Position numbers and translations under genes: made by a program
Shown here: positions 13,601 through 25,898 of the stretch, in pieces
Numbering within the stretch: the stretch's first letter is position 1
How the letters are laid out: every line of letters begins with the position of its first letter
The notes under the pieces: model-generated
Database searches by the model: none
The model's input: the letters and a program-made list of their open reading frames with translations, nothing else
What the model was told of the DNA's origin: nothing
Assembly (NCBI RefSeq): GCF_006345805.1
Contig: NC_043000.1
Location: forward strand, 77,314,001 to 77,378,000
Length of the DNA: 64,000 nt
Direction: 5' to 3'
DNA from: Octopus sinensis
Taxonomy: Eukaryota

Positions 13601-14413
13601 CACGCACTCGTGCAGTGTCCAACAATTTCCGACCTGTGGGCTTATGTCGAACAACTGCTGTCACGTGTGGGACGAGTCGGTTTATCAGCTGAGTCTATCG
13701 TCAATATTGTCACGCCTCCTTCCTTCAAACGGGAAGGAAGAGCTATTTTTATCATGCTTGTGGCTATGGCGAAAGAATGTATCTGGTGGACGCGTCTGAA
13801 AGGATTGGAGACAAACACTTTCCTCTCTGGTCAATCTCTCATCAACTTCTTCAAGTACCACTTGAAAAGGAAAGTGAGAATAGAGAGGCAAGTTTTGTCT
13901 AGCGAATGTTTTATAAAAAGATGGGTGAATGTAGCAAGGATGGCACGTATGAATGACGAAGCCACCTTGAGCATAGTCCTATGAACCCAGAAATTGAAAA
14001 CTGAGGATTACCCACTTGCAAACAAATGTGGTAACATATAACAATATTGACCAAGGTTACCGTGGTCTTTTTCGTAGGCTTTTCTTCCCACGGATAAACC
14101 TTACTTGCTTTCCCCTTTACACCATATATCATAACACTTCCCCTCCCCCTCCCCTTTTTTTCTTCTTTTGTCATTTCTCTTTTCTTTTGTTCCTTTTCCT
14201 TTTCTTCTTTTTTTTTCTTTTTATCTTTTTATTTTTTTATTTTATTAATTTTTGTTCTTTTCTTCCCTTTTACGATTCCTCTTGATCGAAAACCTACGCC
14301 ACCCCTTTTTTTTGTTTCTTTTGTTTTTTGTTTTTTTTCATCCCCCAAAAGAGAAGCTCTACCTTGTAACTTGTCCCATCTGTGTGCAGCCCTGTGTGGC
14401 CAATAAAGAAACT
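10665..14413 (+). mobile_element. Tx1/L1-clade LINE copy 2: near-complete ORF2 (APE endonuclease, RT, CCHC knuckle), ORF1 absent
   Basis: APE motifs GDWN, YLDRIL, TDHKLV. RT motifs FRPITLLNAD, LD*SKAFDRVDH (TAA at 12317-12319), QGCP, YADD (12608-12619). C-terminal CPRY..ETVLHALVQC. AATAAA at 14402, (TATC)n 14414-14479. Frameshift in the C-run near 10730. Confidence 0.95.
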
Positions 14414-14438
14414 TATCTATCTATCTATCTATCTATCT

Positions 14439-14479
<41 letters not shown>

Positions 14480-14599
14480 AGACTTTTATATTTGTTCAGG
14501 TTTGTAGGTGTCCTCCGAGTTATCGTAAAGCGAAAAATGTATAAAACCGTAAACTCTAAATATTAATACGGTCTTAAACATTCTTATTGTTTCAGTGAC

Positions 14600-15087
14600 A
14601 GTGAGTATAAATTAACGGAATTAAGTCCCTTGAGCAAGAAGTTCAGCGAGGAGGATCGGGATATGTCTTGTCGTTCCAATAATAACGAATATAAAACTGA
14701 AAGACCATTTTGTGTACGAGATATTTGGAGTCCAGAAATGTCTTTCCTCTTTATTCATCTTACCCCATTCATGTCAACAATGTCAGGTCTGATGAGTTTA
14801 AATTTGATGGCTGCTTTTATTGTTAGGTTCCACTAATACTCTTTTGATCCATTGGTTTCTACATGTTCATGTTTCTTTGGCTACGAAATCATTCCTTATG
14901 AGAAAGAAACTTTTGCATATTGTTTCGTCTGACAGTATGAGTTAGCTGAATATTTTCTTTGTCCGAATGATATAGATTTTCCGGATTATTACTTAGACAA
15001 TTCTTAACATAATTGAGTAGAAGAATGATTACTGGAGCGAATGTGAATTTAAAGTAGAAGTGGAAGAGTTTCAGGTTTCGATGTAGT
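14600..15087 (-). mobile_element. R4/Dong-like LINE fragments, rearranged
   Basis: LHRNLKLF..FTFAPVII.. resembles the C-terminus at 62859-63110. The WNLTIKAAIKFKLIRPDIV motif lies downstream of it (out of order). The upstream junction abuts the (ATAC)n array. Confidence 0.7.
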
Positions 15088-15317
15088 TGTATGTATGTAT
15101 GTATGTATGTATGTATGTATGTATGTATGTATGTATGTTTGTATGTATGTATGTATGTATGTATGTATGTATGTATGTATGTATGTATGTATGTATGTAT
15201 GTATGTATGAATGTACGTACGTATGTATATACGTACGTATGTATGTATGTATGTATGCATGTATGTACGTATGTATGTACGTACGTATGTATGTACGTAT
15301 GTATGTACGTATGTATG

Positions 15318-15351
<34 letters not shown>

Positions 15352-15560
15352 CGTATGTACGTATGTATGTACGTATGTACGTACGTATGTATGTATATAT
15401 GTATGTATGTATGTAGGTATGTATGTATGTATGCATGTATGTATGTATGTATTTATGTATGTATGTGTGTGTGTATGTGTATGTATGTATATATGTGTAT
15501 GTGTATGTATGCATGTATGTATGTACGTACGTATGTACTTGTGTATGAATGTAGGTATGT
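15088..15560. repeat. Long degenerate (GTAT)n/(GTAC)n microsatellite
   Basis: Read directly from the sequence. Confidence 0.95.
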
Positions 15561-16397
15561 GTGCGTGTTTCTCTGTCTGTCTGTCTGTCTGTCTGTCTCT
15601 GTCTCTCACTCTTTCATTTGAATTTAAACACCATCAACTACGTGGTCATGTATGTATGTATGTATGTATGTATGTATGTATATATATACATATATACATG
15701 CGCATACGTACGTAGACCCATGGATGCATATGAGGGAGTGTATATGATTCTATGTGCGTATATATACATGTACATATACATGTATATGTATATCTGGATT
15801 TTTATTGTTCTTGTCACCCATCGGAAATATGTTAAAGTTACTTCAGATAATTCATTTGTAATCTCAATGCAGGATCTAAATTATCCAGACTTGAATCATC
15901 TCTATTTATAAGCATTTAAAAGTCTATGGCAAATAGAGAAACTGCATGAAGGTTACCCCTTGACTTTAGACTGAAGTTTGCCTATAACTCGAGAAATTTT
16001 CTGTGTAGCATATTAGATATTGTCTTTGATGACATTCCATTCCCTAAGTAATAGAAAAGTTTGTCGAAAATTATTATGTATACACACACACATTAACAAG
16101 CACACACTCACTCACACACACACACATATATCTTCTATTCAAATTTCAAAAGAACTATATTTTGTGAAGTTACAAGTCTTTCATTTAAACTATTATATCT
16201 GTCTTTTGACGACAGTTGTCCTTCTTACAAATATTGTTATATTCTAGAGTCTACACAGTCTACACGTACTCTCCTCGATACAAGCCGACGTCACTTTATT
16301 TATAGTGACTGGTTTATTCCACTCATCACGTGGGAGGAGCGTATCATTATTACTAATTCCCTACAACACTAAATTTAAACTGCGGCTTTTAAGGTAG

Positions 16398-16937
16398 TCT
16401 ATATTAATAAAAGTGAAATTTTGTCTGAGACTCATGTATCTCAGTCTACATTTGCTTTACATAGACATATCATACCTTTTTGCGTGGAATCAGGATGATC
16501 CCAGGATTGAAAATCTGGCCTTAATTTGGTTTTGGTTCTTGAACATCCAGCATTGAGATTTGATTTAAAAGCATTTGGGTTCATATTTCTAGCAGGTAAA
16601 GCTTGGCTGATTCACGTCATCTTGATTGGCTATTGTCAGATGAAGTCAGAGATCAAGGGGGAAATAAATGACATTTGCTCCATTAATCGAGGTAAGAACT
16701 TTGAGACAAATTGGCCAACAATTGGAATTCAACTTGATACTGGAACAATAGAATAAATTCATTACAGAATTATTTCTCATTCGTCCTTAACCTCTGATCA
16801 AACAATACCGGAATATATAGTCATTATAGACGTATTATAGTCAACTATTTAGATCTCTTTAGTTCTGGACCGCTGCCCCAATTAGCCCTCTGCAGAAGCT
16901 AGCTCAAAAGTCCGCACGGAATGCTGCTTTCAAGCTA

Positions 16938-16938
<1 letters not shown>
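16398..16938 (+). mobile_element. Non-autonomous Helitron-like element
   Basis: Starts TCtatattaataaaag and ends ..gCTAG followed by t. An inverted, diverged partial copy lies at about 25460-25860. The subterminal hairpin is degenerate. Confidence 0.6.
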
Positions 16939-16988
<50 letters not shown>

Positions 16989-17344
16989 TATGGCCGGTCT
17001 GTGAGGTTACCCTGGGTTTCACGTCCATAAACGCTAAGCTTTACAACGTTTCCCAGACCCTAAACCTGTTGGCATATGGCCTCTCTAGCAAATGGGGGAG
17101 GAAAAGACTTCGTTACTCTATGTCAACAGCAGGGGATTGTCTTCCGTTGTCTGTTATTCTTTATTGGTCCTGTTAGCGTGTGGATCCCAGAACCCCAGCG
17201 GGAATTTCCTGAAGTGCAAGCAGGGTCCGAAGCTCTCCGTCCTGGAGTTAAGGATGTTCCCCGGGTCGAGGGAGTCTTTTAATACCCTCGTCCGTTCAGC
17301 TATGCACAGTTTACAACACTTGGTACCATTTATGTAGGATTTTC

Positions 17345-17700
17345 GAATCTTCCATGATATTATGTATGGAGTTCTGTCGTCTTGCAGCCGCCATACATGG
17401 CTGGATAAGGAAAACTAATATTGTTTTTAATACCTTGGATGATCATGCGCCAAACGGGCGTTTGTAGAGAAGTCTGATTTCCAGTCGTGTTGAAGAATAT
17501 GAGACCAGACACATAGCTTATTCTCAACTGAAACATACTGCGAGGCATATGGAGTCTGTTGTATTGCTCCTAGAAAGGAGATCGAGATGGTCTCTTCAAT
17601 GCAGGGCTTGTGATCGGATCTGTCTTTCAGAAACGGGATTGTTTAGCCATGGGCTATGTCATGTTACTCACGATGCTGGAAAAGAGCAGCTGACGTCCTT
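17345..17700 (+). mobile_element. RTE-clade LINE 3' fragment
   Basis: DIMYGVLSS (degenerate LYGEL) and terminal finger CRACDRICLSETGLFSH. Confidence 0.65.
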
Positions 17701-18837
17701 TGTGGACCTTATTAAAATATGTTGCTTTTGGGTTAGGTTAACATAACATCTCAAAATATGCCACCCGAATAAGCAAAAATCATCAAATAAGATACTGAAC
17801 TTATAGTAGTTATTGATTGGACTAAGATATCATCGCAGAAGTTGTCAGCGACAAGTAAAATGTAGGCCGAGATACTGGTCGTATTTGGACAGGAGTTGAT
17901 TTCCATGTATGCGTGCGCACGTATGTATGTATGTATGTATGTATGTATGTATGTATGTATGTATGTATGTATGTATGTATGTATGTATGTATGCATGCAT
18001 GTATATATGTATGTTTGTTTGTCTGTATGTATGCATGTATGTATGCTTGTGCGTGAGTTTGAGTTATCACCGTATCTATGTGAATGTGTATATGTTTGCG
18101 TGAAAGTATTGTTATTGCGTGTATGATTCTGAATACCTTGATTTATATATATTTTTGTACATCTATTCTTCTATGCATGTTTGTATGTTTATCTGTGGAG
18201 TCATGAAGCTCTATTGGATCTTTTCCTTTTGAAAGCCAGATTTTCCTAGTTAACTAAACAATTTGAAACTTCGTATACTGGTAGAATGTGTCAAAAGAAA
18301 TCATAATTGTAAACCAAAATGAAAACGGAATTGTAATTTATAAGTTTAACGTTGTTCAAAAATTCGAATTTTAACCAATGATATTCTTTCTTTCGGCCTC
18401 ATATTATTTACTGCTTCTCAAAATATTGTTACTGTGACGTGAACAGCTATTTTGTAACGTAGTTAACATAGCTAAAATGTAAACATCACCGTCCCATATA
18501 ACAAAGTCCTAAACAGACAGAATAATAATAAAAATATGGCGGGCTTTCGAAATAGCTGTCGAGAATAAAATGAAATTTCGATGGCAAATTTTTGGAGGGG
18601 TTTCGGTAATTTTCGTCACTCTAAAATACATGTAATTCGCATTAAATCTTATTTTTCTGAAAAATCCACTTTTTAAAACATTTTAACTGCCCACCACTTC
18701 ATCGTGCCTTTGGAGTAGGTGTCACACTTGGGATGGTCAAACCTAGAATACCTTTCATCATAGGTAATTGCTTGGAGTTCACCTTGAGAGCTAAAACTAT
18801 ATATTTAGTTTCGATATAAAAAATAAAATTGCACAAA

Positions 18838-19212
18838 ATTTTGGCACAAGACCAACAATTTGGGAGGAGGGGTTAATAGATTACATTGACTGGTACTTAA
18901 TTGATCATGAAAGGTAAAGTCGACGACGACGGTAACGTGAGGAGTCGGAAGAAATGCCACAAGGCATTTTGTCCGACGCACGAACGATTCTGCCAGCTTG
19001 TCCCACCCCCTTCCTTAATAATATTTCTTTCCCCTGTAATTACAAGGCCTGAAGCTGATGGGAAGAACTAGTCGATTGTATTCAACTGGTACTTATTCTA
19101 TAAGCGCTGCCCGAAAGAAGGAAAGCTCAGCAATATTCGAACACGGAACGTAAAGATTCGTAAGAAATGACGCTAGGCATTTTATCCGATGCACTACCGA
19201 TTCTGCCAGCTT
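18838..19212 (-). mobile_element. Two adjacent decayed family-B SINE copies
   Basis: Both end (plus strand) in gcatttt..ccga..cgattctgccagctt, the reverse complement of the family head. Confidence 0.7.
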
Positions 19213-19873
19213 TACATTATATTTTTCGTCGAAGTTTAACTATGTCACCTTGATGATATATTTTTACGCGTGGACAAATAATAGAGAGATAATGTGGATC
19301 AGATGATATTACATGCTGACAAGGGCTTGGTAAAGGACTGTTAGAATGTTTAGGGATACGGTCCTATACGTTCGGGTTTCAACCCTCACCGGAATTCAAA
19401 ACAAGCCGTCTGTTCTTCCACGGTCGAGAAAATACATCGATCAAGTATTGGAGATCGATATAAATGATTATACCCCCCACTCACCCCAAAATATATGCTT
19501 TGTGTCTATAATCAATATTACAAATATATTGTTATTGCTATTTAACTCAGGTCATCCTGATAAACCTGGTTGAGGATCAAAGGGTTCCAACTATGACCAA
19601 CCTGTATTTTTGCACCCCCCCCTTTTTCAGATATAGCATCTATGATTATATTAGCCAATGTACCCTTCCTTTAACCCAGTAGTATATGGTTTTAAGGGGA
19701 TTTGGGTGTTATTCCTAGCACATCGACGAGCGAAAACGCAGAGGGGCCCTGATTATGTGCGAGTATGCGTATGGTTGGGTACGTGTGTGTATGTGGGTGC
19801 ATACAAGCCAAATAACCGGTTCAAGGCGTGTGTCAAACTGAAGAATCAAAGCGTGTGCACAAGTTTATAATAA

Positions 19874-20256
19874 ACTAGCAGTATCGCCCGGCATTGCTCA
19901 GGTTTGTAAGGGAAATAACTATAAAGCATTTTTAGAGAGTTATAACCAAAAAATAGCAAAAAAATGGAAAAAAATTATGGTAAATTTTTTTCGAGAGTAA
20001 AAAAAGGTGGAGTTGCGTCCCCTAGACAGTTTGCGGTTTGTGTTTCTGATTCTCGACCCCATGTCGAATTTATCGATTTTTTCCAGAAGTGGGGGAACTT
20101 TTCAAAATTTTCGCTGCATTAGTTTTGAATTATGACATTGGGCTATGTGTGTGTCAAGTTTCATCAGAATCGGTTGAAAGCCGTGGTCAGGGTGAGGGTA
20201 CAAGCAAACAGACACACAGAAACACGCACAGACAAACTGCCGTTTATATATAGAGA
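19874..20256 (-). mobile_element. Non-autonomous Helitron
   Basis: Minus strand starts TCtctatatataaacggcagtttgtctg and ends cctgagcaatgccgggcgatactgCTAG (GC hairpin plus CTAG). Confidence 0.8.
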
Positions 20257-20984
20257 GATATATACATTGTATAGAGAAAACACCCGAAGCCTATACAAAA
20301 ACACTGAATATGTGTTTATTATTCATCCAAAGTAAACAGTACGTGTGTAGGCACGTTTGTTGTGCACATATATATTTATTAAAGACGAAACGAATAATAA
20401 TTTTATACAAAACGAATAACTTTCAAATTCTATAAAGCAATGCAAACAATGGAAAATAATTTAAACACTAATTTCAAAAAGAATTTAGCTGTTTACGTTA
20501 ACTACGTCACAAAACAGCTGTTTACGTCACAGTAACAATATGTTTAGACGGAGCAAATAATTTCAACTCAATACAGAGAATACGATTGGTTAAAATTCGC
20601 AGATTTAAACTACGTTTAAACTTATAAAATACATTTTTGTCAAAAAGACTAGTTGAAATTATTATTTTCTTTTGACACATTCTACCAGTAAACGAAGTTT
20701 CAAATTATTTAGTAAACTAGAAAAATCTGAAAAATCTGGCTTTCAAAAAGAAAATATCCGCTCTATTTTCTCTTCTGTGAAGCACAAATCCTCAAGATCT
20801 GTGCTGAGACAAATGCAACTAAACACCTAAAGCTATAGCCTAGCTAGAATATCTGTACACTTCTTATTAGTTCGGCATAAAATCTTTCTTTAACATTATG
20901 TTAACATTTGCTGGTTATCTGATTTGCACTGCTGTGCACACTTTCTTATCTCTGTCCCAGATCCTTATGTTGTGTATTATCTTT

Positions 20985-21190
20985 TATCTTTTACTTGTTT
21001 CAGCCATGCTGGAGCACTGCATCGAAGAATTTTAGTCGAATAAATCGACCTCAGGACACTTTTTAAAGCCTACTACTTATTCTGTCGTTATCTTTTGACG
21101 AACCGCTAGTTTACGGGGAAGTAAACACACCAGCAACGGTTGTCAAGAGTGGTGGTAGCGGTTGTGGTGGGCAGAAACCAGACACAAAGA
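20985..21190 (-). mobile_element. CORE-type SINE (family A), 3' half
   Basis: Matches the reverse complement of 34330-34525. Confidence 0.7.
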
Positions 21191-21261
21191 TGAATGCACA
21201 AAAACACACGCACACTTACACACATACATATGCATACACACACACACACACATATATATAT

Positions 21262-21480
21262 TGTAACGCAGTTACTCGTCGCCAATTCTAGTAGTATCGC
21301 CACTACTTACGACGATACTAGTTTACACTATAACCGTGTAGTAACAATAGACATACAACAAAGCAAAGTAACGACTACGTAACAATCCAACAGCTGCCCA
21401 CGAACTATACACGAACCAACAAACGATATTCCGACATACTTCCAAAACGACACCTTACGACTTAACGCGAGTAACGCCTA

Positions 21481-21528
<48 letters not shown>

Positions 21529-22400
21529 AGGTCGCCACTATTTATAGTTGTTAGGTCAAGTCTATCGTGACTCTCACCACAACATCACCCCTTTTGAGAT
21601 TTCGACTTCCGTAGGAAACGAAATTTATTTTATCTTTGTCATTTCGTTTTCTTTCTTTCCAACACCACTTCCTTTTGAAATTTTGCTTCCCTAGGGAGTT
21701 CAGTACCTTTTCAGCTTGGGTATTATTTCTAAATGTTCAGTCTGTTTACGTTTTCTGTTACTGCTCCTTCTAGGCTTAATCTCTTTCGTGCTGGCACATC
21801 CAACATATCGTGAAACATTTCCATTGGAATTTCCTCTGTATGTCTGATTTTAAATTTATTTAGGTGTCGTTTATGCTCCCATCGTTGGCTTTTTATTAAA
21901 TACATCATATTTCCGATTATTTTAGTTACTACACCATCCTGCTAACTCTCTTTACCGTTGTTGTATACTTTGAAATAGACTTCGTCTCCGACATCAAGAT
22001 ATTTAGTTGAATCTTTTTTTTGTATTTTCTTTATACGTTTTTTCCTTTGACAACAATTTGTCGAAGATCGATTTAATCTTTCGAGCGAACATTAGCTCTG
22101 CAGGCGACTTGCCTGAACTGGTATTCAAATTGGGCATTATTCTGTACACTAATAAAAATTTAGTTAGCGCTTCGTCATTTCCTAACTCGTTCCTTGCTTT
22201 TTAGCGCTCGCTTGAAAGTATGTACGAGTTGTTCTGCTTGCCCATTTGACCTTTGAATACAGGTACGACGTTTTCCTTTATTTGAAAACAGACCTTAGTC
22301 TTAGAACAGAGACATATTTTATCTGACAGCACTTCAGGAAACAACTTTAAAAAATTTTTCTTTCTTCAGCTGCTGAATTATTTTCACTGGCAGGAAAGGC
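21262..22400 (-). mobile_element. Gypsy LTR retrotransposon 3' end: integrase C-terminus, PPT and LTR
   Basis: Minus-strand ..SNGQAEQLVHTFKRALK.. and ..SGKSPAELMFARKIKSIFDKLL. PPT aaaaggggtga (21585-21595) is followed by TGTTGTGG (21584). Putative LTR 21584-21262 ends ..TTACA. Confidence 0.8.
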
Positions 22401-22445
22401 ATTTATTTTACAGAACAGATTATGGGGAAACTGAAATAAGTTCGT

Positions 22446-22512
<67 letters not shown>

Positions 22513-22573
22513 GCGTGTGCGCGTGCGTGCGCGTTCGTGTGTGCGTGCGTGCGTGCGTGCGTGTGTGTATGGC

Positions 22574-22740
22574 TTTGTCCCCACTATCACCTGACAACCG
22601 ATGCTGGTGTTCTTACGTTCCTGTAAATAACCAGTTCGGCAAAAAAAGAAACCGATATAAGTACTAGGCTTACAAAGAATAAGTCCTGGGGTCGATTTCT
22701 TCGACTACAACCCTTTAAGGTGGTGCTCCAGCATGGCTGT
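22574..22740 (+). mobile_element. CORE-type SINE (family A), 3' half
   Basis: gacaaccgatgctggtg..aagtactaggcttacaaagaataagtcctggggtcgattt..ggtgctccagcatggc. Confidence 0.85.
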
Positions 22741-22758
22741 ATATAAATATATATATGG

Positions 22759-22835
<77 letters not shown>

Positions 22836-23039
22836 CCATATATATATACAGCCATATATATATATATACAGCCATGCTGGAGTACCACCTTAAAGGGTTG
22901 TAGTCGAAGAAATCGACCCCAGGACAAGTTAAAAGGATCAAGCAGATTGCAAAAAAGAATGGATAGAAGCAAATTGAGGACACGTGGAGCCAGAATCCCC
23001 TTCACGGACAGTATATTCTTTGAAGTCAAAGTGCTGATG

Positions 23040-23330
23040 TAGACCAAACAACAACTCATCAGTGACTGAAAAACTTAAAACTGAAAGCAGAGACTGAAGG
23101 TTTCATATTGGCGGCATAAGTTCAAAGCTTGTTTATCTGAAACTACCAGGTTAACATTCTTCTAAACGGTTCTGACCTTAAGTGCAGATTCTGCAACACA
23201 TTTGACGAAACAATGGACCATCACGTTTCGGGATGTCCTGTGCTGACATCGAACGAGTACAAAAATCGCCAGGATAGGGTAGGACAGAATTTACATTGGA
23301 AAATATGTAAACACTTCAAAATTGGCACTC
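23040..23330 (+). mobile_element. R4/Dong-like LINE fragment (CCHC region)
   Basis: TEGFILAA..CRFCNTFDETMDHHVSGCPVL..EYKNRQDRVGQNLHWKICKHF. Confidence 0.8.
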
Positions 23331-23339
23331 CTGAGCCAG

Positions 23340-23568
23340 CCGTTGCAGATGTGGAAGAAGTGAAGAAAAAAAAAAAAAAAATGAAAGTGGTGTTAAAAGG
23401 CATCACTTCTAAAGAATTCCAGAACTGCTTCGAACTGTGAAAAACGCGCCTGAACAGATGCATTGCTTCAAATAGAGAATACTTTGAAAGCGATAAAAGT
23501 GTAAACATATAAAACTAAATGAATAAAATAATACTGCAAAATTCCTGTTTCTTTTGGGTACTCCCTCG
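23340..23568 (+). mobile_element. mariner 3' end with right TIR
   Basis: ADVEEVK..KGITSKEFQNCFEL*KTRLNRCIASNREYFE, then ttttgggtactccctcg followed by TA. Confidence 0.7.
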
Positions 23569-23754
23569 TATGTACATATACTTGCATATGGATGTTTATA
23601 TCTACGTATGGCACGCTTCTTACCACACTGCTATGCCTGCGCCTATTATTTTTATTTCACTTTTATTTCATCTAGTTTCAGCTCACGAGCTGTAGCCATG
23701 CTGAGGCACCGCCATTATAGCTACATTGTTTTAACATTTCACAGTAATAATCCT

Positions 23755-24365
23755 TTCTATTATAGGCACAAGGCCTGAAATTTGGCGGAGGCGAGTAGTC
23801 GATCACATCAACCCCAGTACTCAACTAGTACTTAATTTATCGACCCCTGAAAGGATGGAAGGTAAAGTCGACGTCGGCGGAATTTGAGCTCAGAACGTAG
23901 CGACGGGCCAAATACCGCTAAGCATTTCGTCTAGCTCGCACCCCCTACATTTGATAGTTATAATGATAATAACTGTCTCAAGTTTTGGCACAAGACCAGA
24001 AAGCTTTTCTGGGAGAGGATAAGATGATTACATTGACCCCATTGCTCAAATGGTACTTATCGACCCTGAAAGGATGAAAGAGAAATTGGACCATGACGGA
24101 ATTTGAATTCAGAACGTAAAGACAGACGAAATGCCGTTAAGCATTTTGTCCGGTGCGTTAATGATTCTGTCAGCTCGTGCCTCAACACTAATGATAATAA
24201 TAACAACGACAATTCCAATTTTAGTACAAAAACCGAAGTTTTGATGTAAGGGGATCAGTGGATACCATCGACCTCAATATTTGACTGGTGCATTATTTCA
24301 TCAACCGCGAAGAGACGAGTAGCAAAATAAACCTCGGTGAAATTTGAACTCAAAATGTAACGAAA
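23755..24365 (-). mobile_element. Three successive family-B SINE copies of increasing divergence
   Basis: About 23755-23935, 23985-24180 and 24205-24365. Each shows ggcacaag..cgacccc..ggaatttgaa(c/t)tcagaacgta or a variant. Confidence 0.75.
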
Positions 24366-24560
24366 CAGAACAAATGCCACACAAAAGACATTTTTTTTCA
24401 CAAGAGCATACCTGTATTCTTTTGTGATCAGTTATTGAACCTCGTGAAGTGAGGGAATTATTGATTGGGTGAATGAATATATATGTTTATGTGTTCGTGT
24501 GCATGTGTACATCTGTGTGTATTGTTGGATGAAGCTAGAGATTATCTTCTATGAAATAGA

Positions 24561-24607
<47 letters not shown>

Positions 24608-25092
24608 TCGCTTTTCACCCGAAAACGGCTGGGTTGTATGAATAATTTGACCTCGGATACATAATAGGGTCTTCAGTTTATTTAGTTATTAAAAATAAAT
24701 AATATTGCTCTATACATATGATTCACTTCTTTAAAGAGGTTTCTCACTGTCAACTTCTGGTATTGATGTACCAATGGCGAAATCTTCCGTTTTCATATGC
24801 AAAATCTCTCACTCTCTATTTTGATGTTTTCTTTTAAAGTTTTAATTTACTATATGCAAACAACTTCGATAAATTACTGAATGAAATATTTACTAAGTTC
24901 ACAAACGTAGATATTCGGTACAAGAGCTTTTATTTATACGAGTTTTTCATTTTATGTTTATTTCATCCGTTGTTTGCAAAGTTCTCTCAAATGTATAAAG
25001 AAAAGTTTAAATACTGCAGCATACACTCTTATGCAGAATGGCAGTCAGCAGATAAATAAAAAATGACGAAGATGCGCAGTATGACAGAGGGA

Positions 25093-25455
25093 GATACATC
25101 AGTACCAATGAGACTTTTTGGCGTATCTTCAATTTTTCCATTGATAAGAGGCACCCAGCCCTCATTCATATGAGTGTCCATCTAGAGAATGGCCACAGGG
25201 TTATCTTTACAAAACAAACAGCCTTGCAACAAGCACTTTCTCTAAAAGAAACTACCCTTACGTGGTCCCAAATCATTCCAAGATTCGAGAAGGGTAAATG
25301 GACGTGTGTGAAACTTATAGGGAAGCATACTAGAAAATGATGAGCATTGGGACAGTGCATTGACTGAAGCATCAGTATCAGAGTCTCCAAGGAAACTCCG
25401 TAACCATTTTGCAATTATACTGAACATGTGTCAACTTGGCAGTCCCCTACAGTAT
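25093..25455 (+). mobile_element. Helitron Rep/helicase fragment
   Basis: RYISTNETFWRIF..HLENGHRVIF; SFQDSRRVNG..TYREA; ENDEHWDSALTEASVSESPRKLRNHFAIILNMC. Confidence 0.85.
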
Positions 25456-25459
25456 TGTT

Positions 25460-25851
25460 TGATCAGGAGGTTAAGGATGAATGAGAAATAATTCTGTAAT
25501 GCAATCATTTTATTGTTCCAGTATCAAGTTGAATTCCAATTGTTGGCCAATTTGTTTCAAAGTTCTTGCCTTGATTAATGGAGCAAATGTCATTTATTTC
25601 CCCCTTGATCTCAGACTTCACCTGACAAACTCCAACCAAGATGACGTGAATCAGCCAAACTTTACCTGTTAGAAATATGAACCCAAATGCTTTTAAATCA
25701 GATTCCAATGCTGGATGTTCAAGAATCGAATGAAGAGTAAATTTTCAATCTCGATATCCTCATGATTCCAAAAATGGCATAATATGTCTATGTAGAGCAA
25801 ATGTAGATTGAGATACATGGGTCCCAGACGGACAGATAGAATCTTGCTTTT

Positions 25852-25860
<9 letters not shown>
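25460..25860 (-). mobile_element. Second partial copy of the 16398 Helitron-like element
   Basis: High by-eye identity to about 16410-16810 in inverted orientation. Confidence 0.7.

Positions 25861-25898
<38 letters not shown>

Larger units (their letters stand above)
18225..20750. repeat. Pair of diverged inverted segments of about 250 bp (18225-18478 / 20483-20750), MITE or TIR-like
   Basis: gaaagccagatttt..aatttgaaacttcg..ggtagaatgtgtcaaaag and atattgttactgtgacgt..acagct are mirrored on the opposite strand. Confidence 0.6.

Noticed and set aside
9203-13664. Overlapping and antisense ORFs inside the Tx1 copies
   Set aside because: Shadow frames expected in GC-rich coding sequence; duplicated only because the element is duplicated.
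14889-15911. Long ORFs such as MYVCMYVC.., HTYIHTYI.., YIYIYI.., CVCVCV.. (also at 2469, 17751, 22705, 45485, 57073, 63077 and elsewhere)
   Set aside because: Translations of (GTAT)n, (CA)n and (TA)n microsatellites that lack stop codons; not genes.
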